Below, one piece after another: positions 8,673 through 17,036 of a stretch of 24,000 nucleotides of DNA. The stretch is from Campylobacter helveticus (GTDB taxonomy: Bacteria; Campylobacterota; Campylobacteria; Campylobacterales; Campylobacteraceae). How positions within the stretch are numbered: the stretch's first letter is position 1; every line of letters starts with the position of its first letter. Made by a program: the position numbers and the translations under genes. Under the pieces are notes generated by a model, which saw nothing but the letters and a program-made list of their open reading frames with translations, had not been told where the DNA came from and made no database searches. The stretch covers positions 236,886 to 260,885 of the forward strand of contig NZ_CP020478.1 of assembly GCF_002080395.1 (NCBI RefSeq), written 5' to 3'.

Positions 8673-10046
8673 ATGATGGCGAGAAAAAAAACGAGGAATT
8701 TATTGTGGCTTTTGATTATTATTTTATTATTTTTGGGTAGTTTTTTTATTTTAAATTTAAGCATTTTTGAGAAAAATGCTCCGCAAATTTTTGTTGAAGA
8801 TACACTTTATACCAATCTTAAATCCCCACTTTTAGTCAAAGTCAAAGATGAAGAAAATGCGGTAAAATCCATCAAAATCGTTCTTAAAAAAGATGATAAT
8901 GACCCAGGAGTGATCTTAGCAGATGGTAAAATCAAGCAGGATAAAGAAGTCTCTTTACAAATCAATCTTCCTAAACAAGCCTATAAAGACAAAACAAATT
9001 CTTATTTTTTAGAAATTTGGGCGAAGGATACAAGTTTTTGGAATTTTAATGGAAATGAAGCCTATAAAAAAGTTGTAGTTATGATTGACAATGAGGCTCC
9101 TAAATTAAATATCATTAGCAATTCTTATAATATAGAGCAAGGAGGAGCAGCAAGTGTCGTTTTTAAGGCTGAGGATGCGAATTTAAAAGAACTTTTTATA
9201 GAGACAAATAAGGGTCGAATTTTTAAGGTTACACCTTATCTTAAGAAAGATTATTACGCCGCTTTAATCGCTTGGGACGCAAAAGATGAGGAATTTAGAG
9301 CCTATGTTATCGCAAAAGATGCGGCAGGAAATATTGCAAAAGAGCGTATAAGATATTATCTTTTAAATCGTAAATACCGCGTTTCTAACATTAAACTAAG
9401 CGATAAATTTTTAGATGGGAAAATAGAAGATTTAGCTTCAATGTATGCACCAAAAAACAATACTTTCACGCGTTTTGAAAAATTTAAATTTGTCAATGAA
9501 ACCTTAAGACTTTCAAACGAAGAGCTTATCCATAAAATCACATCTATCGTGCCTGAAGAAAGTTTTGGCGAATTTGGTGTTAATTTATTTTTACCTTTGA
9601 AAAATGCGGCGAAAGTGGCTGATTTTGCTGACCATAGATATTATTCTTATAATGGGCAGTTTGTGAGCGATTCTTATCATATGGGGCTTGATTTAGCTAG
9701 CACGAGCGAAGCACCTATTATTAGCAATAACGCAGGTAAAGTTGTTTTCGCTGGTGAAAATGGAATTTATGGGCTTAATCTTATACTTTATCACGGCTTT
9801 GGAATTTACACACTTTATGGGCATTGCTCGTCTTCTAGTGTGAGTTTAGATGAAAATGTTGCAAAGGGTAGCATTATCGCTAAAACGGGTGTGAGTGGTT
9901 TAGCTTTGGGGGACCATTTGCATTTTGGTGTGTTAGTGCAAGGGGTTGAAACAAGACCAGAGCAATGGCAGGATAGAAAATGGCTGGAAAATAATATTTA
10001 TAAGGTATTTAATGACGCCAAAAAAGTTATATTAGGGACAAGATGA
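8673..10046 (+). CDS. Membrane-anchored M23-family (LytM) peptidoglycan metallopeptidase
   Basis: N-terminal TM segment. C-terminal HMGLDLASTSEAPI, GIYTLYGHCSS and LGDHLHFGVLVQG give the full H-x3-D / H / HxH zinc-binding set. Confidence 0.92.
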   Translation: MMARKKTRNLLWLLIIILLFLGSFFILNLSIFEKNAPQIFVEDTLYTNLKSPLLVKVKDEENAVKSIKIVLKKDDNDPGVILADGKIKQDKEVSLQINLPKQAYKDKTNSYFLEIWAKDTSFWNFNGNEAYKKVVVMIDNEAPKLNIISNSYNIEQGGAASVVFKAEDANLKELFIETNKGRIFKVTPYLKKDYYAALIAWDAKDEEFRAYVIAKDAAGNIAKERIRYYLLNRKYRVSNIKLSDKFLDGKIEDLASMYAPKNNTFTRFEKFKFVNETLRLSNEELIHKITSIVPEESFGEFGVNLFLPLKNAAKVADFADHRYYSYNGQFVSDSYHMGLDLASTSEAPIISNNAGKVVFAGENGIYGLNLILYHGFGIYTLYGHCSSSSVSLDENVAKGSIIAKTGVSGLALGDHLHFGVLVQGVETRPEQWQDRKWLENNIYKVFNDAKKVILGTR

Positions 10047-10930
10047 TGAGGCAATTAACTTTAGCAAAAGCTGTAAGCGGCACAGGTGTGGGACTGCATA
10101 AGGGTGAGCCTATTGAGGTTACCTTAGAGCCTTTAGAGGCAAATTCTGGTATAGTATTTTTTAGAAGCGATTTAAATGTAAGCTATGAGGCAAAGCCGCA
10201 AAATGTGATAAATACGCAACTTGCGACTGTTATAGGTGATGATAGGGGCTATATTTCGACCATTGAGCATTTGATGAGTGCGATTAATGCTTATGGGATT
10301 GATAATGTGCGTATCGTGCTAAATTCAAACGAAGCACCCGTAATGGATGGCTCTAGCATTAGTTTTTGTATGATGCTTGATGAAGCTGGAGTGAAAGAGC
10401 TTGACGCGCCAAAAAAGATTATGGTGATTAAAAAGGTGGTTGAGGTGCGAGACGGCGATAAATTTGTGCGTCTTAGTCCAACAAAAGAGCCTAAAATTAA
10501 CTATACCATTAAATTTAATAATGCCTTAATCGGTGAGCAAAGTTATTGTTTTGAATTTAGCAAGAAAAATTATATAGAAAATATCGCTAGAGCTAGGACT
10601 TTTGGTTTTTTAAAAGATGTTCAAGCTTTAAGAGCTATGAATTTAGGGCTTGGCGGTAGTCTTGAAAATACCATAGTTGTAGATGAAAACCGCATTTTAA
10701 ATCCTGAGGGACTGCGTTTTAAAGATGAATTTGTCCGTCATAAAATTTTAGACGCCATTGGAGATTTAACCTTGCTTGGATATAGAATTTATGGTGATTA
10801 TACCTCTTATGCTGGAAGTCATCATTTAAATCATTTGCTTACAAAAGAGGTTTTAAAAGATAAAGAGAGTTATGAAATTGTTGTGCTTGAAAACTCTTGC
10901 GAAAAAGTTTATGAAAAGGTTTTTGCATAA
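10043..10930 (+). CDS. lpxC: UDP-3-O-acyl-N-acetylglucosamine deacetylase
   Basis: RQLTLAKAVSGTGVGLHKGEPIEVTLEP, STIEHLMSAINAYGIDNVRIVLNSNEAPVMDGSS, RHKILDAIGDLTLLG, SHHLNHLL. Confidence 0.97.
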   Translation: MMRQLTLAKAVSGTGVGLHKGEPIEVTLEPLEANSGIVFFRSDLNVSYEAKPQNVINTQLATVIGDDRGYISTIEHLMSAINAYGIDNVRIVLNSNEAPVMDGSSISFCMMLDEAGVKELDAPKKIMVIKKVVEVRDGDKFVRLSPTKEPKINYTIKFNNALIGEQSYCFEFSKKNYIENIARARTFGFLKDVQALRAMNLGLGGSLENTIVVDENRILNPEGLRFKDEFVRHKILDAIGDLTLLGYRIYGDYTSYAGSHHLNHLLTKEVLKDKESYEIVVLENSCEKVYEKVFA

Positions 10931-10938
10931 AAACGCTT

Positions 10939-11367
10939 TTGCTTAATGCTATTTCTAAGCCCATAATGCTTGGAATTTATGAAAACGATGTGCTTATTAA
11001 GGAATATCAAAGTGAGGCTAAGGCGAGTGAATTTATCCCTGAAATTTTACAAAATTTATTAAGAGAATTCGAATTTGAAAGACTTATTTATGCAAATGGA
11101 CCGGGTTCTTATATGGGGATAAAAATTTCTTATATCAGCCTTAAGACTTTGAGTGTGGTGAAAGAAATTCCCCTTTTTGCCTTGAGTGCTTTTGAGCTTA
11201 ATCATTTTAAACCCATAAGGGCAAATAAACATCTTTGTTTTGTTTATAAAGGGGGCGAAATTTGCTTGGAGCAAGCGATAGAGGGGAATTTTTTTCTGCC
11301 TTTAAATCTAAAGCAAGTTTGCCTAAAAGAGGATAATCTTCCCTTTTATTTTTTAGATGTGATTTAG
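10939..11367 (+). CDS. tsaB: tRNA threonylcarbamoyladenosine biosynthesis protein TsaB-like (short form)
   Basis: YANGPGSYMGIKISYISLKTLSVVKEIPLFALSAFEL, the conserved G-PGS-(Y/F)-TG-R region of TsaB-type ASKHA proteins. TTG is the apparent start and the position upstream of thrB fits. Start codon uncertain. Confidence 0.8.
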   Translation: MLNAISKPIMLGIYENDVLIKEYQSEAKASEFIPEILQNLLREFEFERLIYANGPGSYMGIKISYISLKTLSVVKEIPLFALSAFELNHFKPIRANKHLCFVYKGGEICLEQAIEGNFFLPLNLKQVCLKEDNLPFYFLDVI

Positions 11368-11375
11368 GATAAATT

Positions 11376-12254
11376 TTGAAAATTTTAGTTCCAGCTACGA
11401 GTGCGAATTTAGGTCCTGGTTTTGATTGTTTGGGTTTAAGCCTTAAGCTTTTTAACGAAGTGGTGATTGAAAAGGCAAATTTTACTAGTATTAGCATTAG
11501 TGGCGAGGGCAGTGAAAATGTTTTTTTGAAAAAAAATAATGCTTTCGTGCGAATTTTTAATGAAATTTATGAAAAATTAAGTGGTAAAAAAGAAAATTTT
11601 CGCTTCATTTTTGAAAATAATATCCCCCTTTCAAGAGGGCTTGGCAGCTCTTCTGCTGTGATTGTTGGGGCGATTGGGGCTGCTTATTTTATGAGTGGTT
11701 TTAAGGTGGAAAAAGAACGGGTGCTAAATGAGGCTTTAAAATATGAAAATCACCCTGATAATATCGCCCCTGCTACGCTTGGAGGTTTTGTCTGCTCTGT
11801 GGTAGAAAATGATAAGGTTTTTAGCATTAAAAAAGAGCTTGATAGTGCTTTAAAGGCTGTGCTACTTATCCCTAATGTCGCGATGAATACCGAGCAAAGC
11901 AGAAAAGCTTTGAGTGCAAATTTTAGCTTGAAAGATTGCGTTTTTAATCTTTCTCATTCTACTTTCTTAACGGCTTGTTTTTTGGAAAAAAAATATGATT
12001 TATTAAAACTAGCAAGTCAGGATAAATTGCACGAATTTAAGAGGATGCAAACCCTACCCGAACTTTTTGAAGTGCAGAAATTTGCTCTTGAAAATAAGGC
12101 GTTGATGAGCACACTTTCAGGTTCTGGTTCGAGCTTTTTTTCTCTTGCCTTTAGAGATGATGCGGAAAATTTGGCTAAAAAAATGGCACAAAAATTTTCA
12201 GCCTCTCGTGTGGTGTGCGTAGAATTTGACAATGAGGGCTTTAAAATTTGCTAA
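11376..12254 (+). CDS. thrB: Homoserine kinase (GHMP kinase)
   Basis: VPATSANLGPGFDCLGLSLKLFN, NNIPLSRGLGSSSAVIVGA, HPDNIAPATLGGF, STLSGSGSSFFSL. Confidence 0.96.
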   Translation: MKILVPATSANLGPGFDCLGLSLKLFNEVVIEKANFTSISISGEGSENVFLKKNNAFVRIFNEIYEKLSGKKENFRFIFENNIPLSRGLGSSSAVIVGAIGAAYFMSGFKVEKERVLNEALKYENHPDNIAPATLGGFVCSVVENDKVFSIKKELDSALKAVLLIPNVAMNTEQSRKALSANFSLKDCVFNLSHSTFLTACFLEKKYDLLKLASQDKLHEFKRMQTLPELFEVQKFALENKALMSTLSGSGSSFFSLAFRDDAENLAKKMAQKFSASRVVCVEFDNEGFKIC

Positions 12255-12270
12255 AAAATACAAAAAAAAG

Positions 12271-12276
12271 TATAAT
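12271..12276 (+). promoter_or_regulatory. Candidate -10 element (TATAAT) immediately upstream of ylxR
   Basis: AAAAAAAAGTATAATTTCAAGAATG. The consensus TATAAT ends 7 nt before the probable ATG at 12284. Confidence 0.35.
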
Positions 12277-12283
12277 TTCAAGA

Positions 12284-12532
12284 ATGCATACGCCTATTAG
12301 AATGTGTGTGCTATGCAAAAATCGTTTCAAGCAAAATACCCTATATCGCTTTAGAGTTGAAGATAATGAGCTTTGTATTTATGCAAAGTGTGGTCGTAGT
12401 GTTTATTTGTGTGAAGCGTGTATCTTAAAGGAAAATCATAAATGGCAAAAAGTACTTTCTAGGGCTTGTAAAAATATGATAAAAACATCACAGCAGGATT
12501 TAAAGGAGAGAATTTTTAATGACAAAAGTTAG
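12284..12532 (+). CDS. YlxR family (DUF448) RNA-binding-like protein
   Basis: [23 protein letters not shown]...[11 protein letters not shown] matches the YlxR pattern (P-x-R-x-C-x-x-C; GR-x-x-Y-x-C). It sits directly upstream of infB. The track ORF begins at an upstream TTG (12248), but the Met at 12284 gives the family-typical N-terminus. Confidence 0.85.
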   Translation: MHTPIRMCVLCKNRFKQNTLYRFRVEDNELCIYAKCGRSVYLCEACILKENHKWQKVLSRACKNMIKTSQQDLKERIFNDKS

Positions 12533-15086
12533 AATTTATGAAATCGCAAACGAAGTGGGCTATTCAAGTAAGGAAGTGATAGAAAAAGCTAATGAGCTAG
12601 GACTTGATATAAAATCCGCTTCAAATGCTGTGGAGGCCGAGGTTGCGGCTGGAATTTATGAGTATATCCAAACTAAAACTATCCCTGCAATTTTCAAGAA
12701 AGAGGAAAAGAAATCAAGCAAAAGTCCCAAGAAAGAAGTTAAAAAAGAAGCAAAGCCAAAAGAAGTTAAAGCGAAAAAAGAGGTAAAAAAGGAAGAGAGC
12801 AAAGAGCAAGCTAAAGAAGAAATTTTGCTCTCAAATGAGATTAAGCAAGAATTAAAAGAAGAAAAAAATGAGCCGCAAAGTTTAGCGAGTGCGACTTTAG
12901 CTAAAAGGCGTGGGCTTGTGATAGTCAAGAAGAAAAAAGATGAAGAGCAAGAGGCTAAGAAAGAAGAAGTAAAGCCTAGTGCTTCTGTAGCTGAGCGTCC
13001 TAGTTTGTCTATGATTTTTTCTAATGCTGATGAAAATTTAAAGAAAAAGAAAAAAGAGAAAAAAGCTTTTGCTGCCACAAAGAAGGAAAATGTTGAAAAG
13101 ATGGACTTTTTAGAAAGTCAAGATTTTGGTGATATTTCTTTAGATGATGAAGATGAGGTTGTTTTACCTGATTTTAGCGTGAAAGAAAAAGAGGTAGTGC
13201 AAAATACTATTAAAAAACCGCCTAATTTTTTACGCCAAAATAATTCTATTAATTTTGGCGAAGTTGGCATACAAAGAAGAAGTCGCAAAAAGCCGCCAAA
13301 AAGAGTGGAGAAAAAGGAAAGTGAGGCAATTACGAGTTTGGAAATTCCTAAAGAAATTCGCGTGTATGAATTTGCAGATAAATTAGGCAAAAATACGAGC
13401 GAAATTATTTCTAAGCTTTTTATGCTTGGTATGATGACGACTAAAAATGACTTTTTAGACGAGACAGCGATCGAAATTCTAGCAGAAGAATTTGGGATTG
13501 AAATTAAGATTATCGATGAGGTGAGCGAGTTTGATTATGTGAAAGACTATGATATGGGAGATGAAGAGAGTTTGGAGCCTAGAGCACCTGTAATTACCAT
13601 TATGGGACATGTCGATCACGGTAAAACTTCACTTTTAGATTATATAAGAAATTCGCGTGTGGTAAGTGGCGAGGCTGGAGGAATCACGCAGCATGTCGGT
13701 GCTTATATGGTGGAAAAAAATGGGCGTAAAATCACCTTTATCGACACTCCCGGACACGAAGCTTTCACGGCAATGCGTGCAAGAGGAGCGAGCATCACGG
13801 ACATTGTCATCATAGTCGTAGCGGCTGATGATGGGGTTAAGCCTCAAACCAAAGAAGCGATTAATCACGCTAAAGCGGCTAATGTGCCTATAATCATAGC
13901 GATTAATAAAATGGATAAAGAAAATGCAAATCCTGATATGGTTAAAACCCAACTTGCTGAAATGGAAATTATGCCTGTAGAGTGGGGTGGAAGCTATGAA
14001 TTTGTGCCTGTATCAGCTAAGGCTGGCACGGGGATAGAAGATTTACTTGAGATTGTGCTTTTACAAGCAGATCTTTTGGAGCTTAAGGCAAATTCTAAAA
14101 CCTTAGCTAAGGCTAGCGTGATAGAAAGCTCCGTGCAAAAGGGTCGTGGGGCTGTGGCAACTATTATCGTGCAAAATGGAACGCTAAAGGTTGGAAGCAC
14201 TATAGTTGCTGGTGTGGCTTATGGTAAAGTAAGGGCTATGAGCGATGATAAAGGTAGGGCTTTAAAGGAAATTAAACCGGGTGAATGCGGTGTGATAGTA
14301 GGACTTAGTGAAGTGGCTGAAGCGGGTGAAATTCTCATCGCGGTTAAAAGCGACAAAGAAGCAAAGGAATATGCAAACAAACGCCACGAATACAACCGCC
14401 AAAAAGAACTTAGCAAATCCACTAAAGTTAGCATTGATGAGCTTGGAGCTAAGATTAAAGAGGGGAATTTAAAAGCTTTACCTGTTATTTTAAAAGCTGA
14501 TGTACAAGGCTCATTAGAGGCGATAAAAGCAAGTTTGGAAAAGCTTAGAAATGATGAAATTAAGGTTAATATTATCCATAGTGGTGTCGGTGGTATCACG
14601 CAAAGCGATATAGAATTAGCCAGCGCGAGTGAGGATTCTATCGTGCTTGGTTTTAACATACGCCCAACAGGTGAGATTAAAGAAAAAGCGAAAGATAAGG
14701 GCGTGGAGATTAAAACTTATAATGTCATTTATAATTTGCTTGATGATGTAAAAGCCCTGCTTGGTGGTATGATGAGTCCTATAATTTCTGAAGAGCAGCT
14801 TGGACAAGCTGAGATTAGACAAGTGATTTCTGTGCCAAAAATAGGGCAAATTGCAGGTTGTATGGTAAGCGAAGGTGTGATAAATAGGGGTGCGAAAATT
14901 CGACTAATTCGTGATGGTGTGGTTGTTTTTGAGGGTAATGTCAGCTCACTTAAGCGTTTTAAAGACGATGTGAAAGAGGTCGCTAAGGGTTATGAATGTG
15001 GCGTTGGGATAGAAGGCTGTGATGATATGCGTGTGGGCGATTACATCGAAAGCTATAAAGAAGTTGAGCAAAGAGTGAGTTTATGA
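12519..15086 (+). CDS. infB: Translation initiation factor IF-2
   Basis: IF2_N start ([25 protein letters not shown]), Lys/Glu-rich linker, G domain GHVDHGKT...[15 protein letters not shown]...NKMDKEN, and typical IF-2 C-terminal domains. Confidence 0.98.
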   Translation: MTKVRIYEIANEVGYSSKEVIEKANELGLDIKSASNAVEAEVAAGIYEYIQTKTIPAIFKKEEKKSSKSPKKEVKKEAKPKEVKAKKEVKKEESKEQAKEEILLSNEIKQELKEEKNEPQSLASATLAKRRGLVIVKKKKDEEQEAKKEEVKPSASVAERPSLSMIFSNADENLKKKKKEKKAFAATKKENVEKMDFLESQDFGDISLDDEDEVVLPDFSVKEKEVVQNTIKKPPNFLRQNNSINFGEVGIQRRSRKKPPKRVEKKESEAITSLEIPKEIRVYEFADKLGKNTSEIISKLFMLGMMTTKNDFLDETAIEILAEEFGIEIKIIDEVSEFDYVKDYDMGDEESLEPRAPVITIMGHVDHGKTSLLDYIRNSRVVSGEAGGITQHVGAYMVEKNGRKITFIDTPGHEAFTAMRARGASITDIVIIVVAADDGVKPQTKEAINHAKAANVPIIIAINKMDKENANPDMVKTQLAEMEIMPVEWGGSYEFVPVSAKAGTGIEDLLEIVLLQADLLELKANSKTLAKASVIESSVQKGRGAVATIIVQNGTLKVGSTIVAGVAYGKVRAMSDDKGRALKEIKPGECGVIVGLSEVAEAGEILIAVKSDKEAKEYANKRHEYNRQKELSKSTKVSIDELGAKIKEGNLKALPVILKADVQGSLEAIKASLEKLRNDEIKVNIIHSGVGGITQSDIELASASEDSIVLGFNIRPTGEIKEKAKDKGVEIKTYNVIYNLLDDVKALLGGMMSPIISEEQLGQAEIRQVISVPKIGQIAGCMVSEGVINRGAKIRLIRDGVVVFEGNVSSLKRFKDDVKEVAKGYECGVGIEGCDDMRVGDYIESYKEVEQRVSL

Positions 15087-15439
15087 GCGAGATAAAAAAG
15101 CTTCGCACTGAAAGCATTTTAAAAGAGCTTATTCCAGAAGCTTTAGCACATTTAGATGATGAAAATTTGAAAAATCTTTGTGTTGTTGATGTGGAGTGTA
15201 GAAAAGGGCGTTACGATGCTTTTGTATATTTGGATAAGATGTTTTTCAACACTCACGAGCAAGAAAGAATTTTAAATACACTTAAAAAAGCCTCTAGAGC
15301 TTTGCAAAATTATTGTATGGGGGAGCAAGGCTGGTATAGATGTCCAAATTTTCACTTTAAATTTGATGATAGATTAGAATATCAAAATCATATGGACGCA
15401 CTTTTTGAAAAGATAAAAAGGAAAAATGATGAATCTTGA
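15083..15439 (+). CDS. rbfA: 30S ribosome-binding factor A
   Basis: 118 aa, [43 protein letters not shown]. It overlaps the infB stop by 4 nt and precedes rimP. Confidence 0.85.
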   Translation: MSEIKKLRTESILKELIPEALAHLDDENLKNLCVVDVECRKGRYDAFVYLDKMFFNTHEQERILNTLKKASRALQNYCMGEQGWYRCPNFHFKFDDRLEYQNHMDALFEKIKRKNDES

Positions 15440-15845
15440 AGCCTTATGTGGGGAAGCTGGGGTTAGTCTTTATGATAAAGAATTAGTGAGTGAAAATGGT
15501 AAAAAAATTTACCGTGTGTATATTATGAAAGAGGGCGGGGTAAGTTTGGAAGATTGTGCTAGACTAAGTGAAATTCTTTCCCCAATTTTTGATGTGGAGC
15601 CGCCTGTTAGTGGGGAGTATTTTTTAGAAGTGTCTTCCGCAGGACTTGAGAGAAAATTAAACACTTTGGAGCATTTTCAAAAAAGCGTAGGCGAAAAGGT
15701 TAAAATTAGCACAAATAAAAAAGAAAATTTTCAAGGAAAGCTTGTGAAGGTTGAGGGGGAGGATATATTTTTACAAGATGAAGAGGGTGAAATTTGCATT
15801 AAATTTAATCAAATTAAAAAGGCAAAAACCTTTATAGAGTGGTGA
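15426..15845 (+). CDS. rimP: Ribosome maturation factor RimP
   Basis: YRVYIMKEGGVSLEDCARLSEILSPIFDVEPPVSGEYFLEVSSAGLERKLNTLEHFQKSVGEKVKI, typical RimP (SSPGLxRxL-like). Confidence 0.95.
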   Translation: MMNLEALCGEAGVSLYDKELVSENGKKIYRVYIMKEGGVSLEDCARLSEILSPIFDVEPPVSGEYFLEVSSAGLERKLNTLEHFQKSVGEKVKISTNKKENFQGKLVKVEGEDIFLQDEEGEICIKFNQIKKAKTFIEW

Positions 15846-17036
15846 TTATCTCTTCATCGCAAAATAAAGCCCATTTGCACACGCGACACAAATAAGCATC
15901 ACTAAAGCTAAAATTGTAGGCGTGTTTGCACCAACTGCACTTACGATAAAAGAAATCGCCCCAGCTAAAGCAAATTGACTTGTTCCAAGCACAGCAGAAG
16001 CCGTTCCACTATGGTCCTTAAAACGCGCCATTGCTAGTGTTGTGGTGTTGGGAGCGATGAAGCCGAGTAGGGCTATACTTGTAAAAATACTGATTTCAAA
16101 AAGCCAAAAATTTGGTTTAATTAAGGCATTGAAAAATAAAATAAGAGTTGAGATAAGCATTAAAATAAGAGCATAGAATAGAATTTTTTCACTATCTATT
16201 TTTTTGACAATTTTTGCATTGATATTTGCAAAGATGATAAAGCCTAAGGCATTAATGCCAAAAAGTAAGCCAAAATCTTTTTCGCTTAAGCCAAAAAAGC
16301 TAATGAAAACGAAGCTTGAACCCGTGATGTAAGCAAACATTGCCGCTAAAACTAAAGCCGCACAAGACACATAAAGGACAAAGGGCTTATCCTTAAGGAC
16401 GAAATGATAGCTTTTTAAGGTTTCTTTGTGGGAGAATTTTTGCCTTTTAAGATGAGGGGCGGATTCTTTAAGTGCAAAAAGAATAAGCAAAAAAAGCAAA
16501 ATTCCAAGTCCAAAAAGCGTAGCAAAAATGCTATGCCAAGAAAAATACTCAATCAAAAAGCCTCCAAGAGAAGGCGATAGCATAGGTGCAAGAGCGCTAA
16601 AAACCATCATCAGTGCAAAAATACTCGCCGCTTCTTTTAGTTCAAATAAATCATTAACAATAGCTCTAGCAATGACAACTCCAGCACACCCTCCCAAAGC
16701 CTCAAAGAAACGCAAGGCTATGAAAATATAGATATTATCAATTATCACGCAAAAAAGGCTAGAAAGCATAAAAAGAAAAATTCCAACAAGAGCAGGAATT
16801 TTACGCCCAAAAACATCACTTAAAGGTCCATAAATGAGCTGTCCCAAAGCAAAGGCGATAAAAAAACTTGCAATAGAAAGTTGGGTTAAAAACTCACTCG
16901 TTTCAAAGCTTTGTTTAACTTGCGAAAGTGCTGGTAAATACATATCCGTAGAAAGTGGTGCGATGCTTGACATTAGAGCTAATATGACAATGAGTCTAAA
17001 TTTAGCGAAACCCTTTATTTTTGTATGTTTTTGCAT
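15846..17036 (-). CDS. Bcr/CflA-family MFS drug-resistance-type transporter
   Basis: 396 aa with about 12 hydrophobic segments, PLSTDMYLPALSQV, LGQLIYGPLSDVFGRKIPALVG (MFS motif A) and RFFEALGGCAGVVIARAIVNDLF, all typical of Bcr/CflA. Confidence 0.92.
   Translation of the reverse strand: MQKHTKIKGFAKFRLIVILALMSSIAPLSTDMYLPALSQVKQSFETSEFLTQLSIASFFIAFALGQLIYGPLSDVFGRKIPALVGIFLFMLSSLFCVIIDNIYIFIALRFFEALGGCAGVVIARAIVNDLFELKEAASIFALMMVFSALAPMLSPSLGGFLIEYFSWHSIFATLFGLGILLFLLILFALKESAPHLKRQKFSHKETLKSYHFVLKDKPFVLYVSCAALVLAAMFAYITGSSFVFISFFGLSEKDFGLLFGINALGFIIFANINAKIVKKIDSEKILFYALILMLISTLILFFNALIKPNFWLFEISIFTSIALLGFIAPNTTTLAMARFKDHSGTASAVLGTSQFALAGAISFIVSAVGANTPTILALVMLICVACANGLYFAMKR

Noticed and set aside
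11521-11536. T7-G-A8 run in thrB, a possible slippage or frameshift site
   Set aside because: The frame is intact on both sides (NVFLKKNNAF), and such runs are common in AT-rich coding sequence. No out-of-frame continuation looks meaningful.
12690-13080. Lys/Glu-rich low-complexity segment in infB as a possible repeat element or recombinant insertion
   Set aside because: Variable charged linkers between IF2_N and the G domain are normal for bacterial IF-2, and I see no exact tandem repeat unit.
12656-14849. Series of minus-strand ORFs opposite infB (12656..13078, 13118..13390, 13635..13952, 13994..14200, 14219..14659, 14616..14849)
   Set aside because: All are antisense shadows of the strongly supported infB frame. 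Their composition mirrors the complement (for example Phe/Ser-rich opposite Lys/Glu-rich), with no family motifs.
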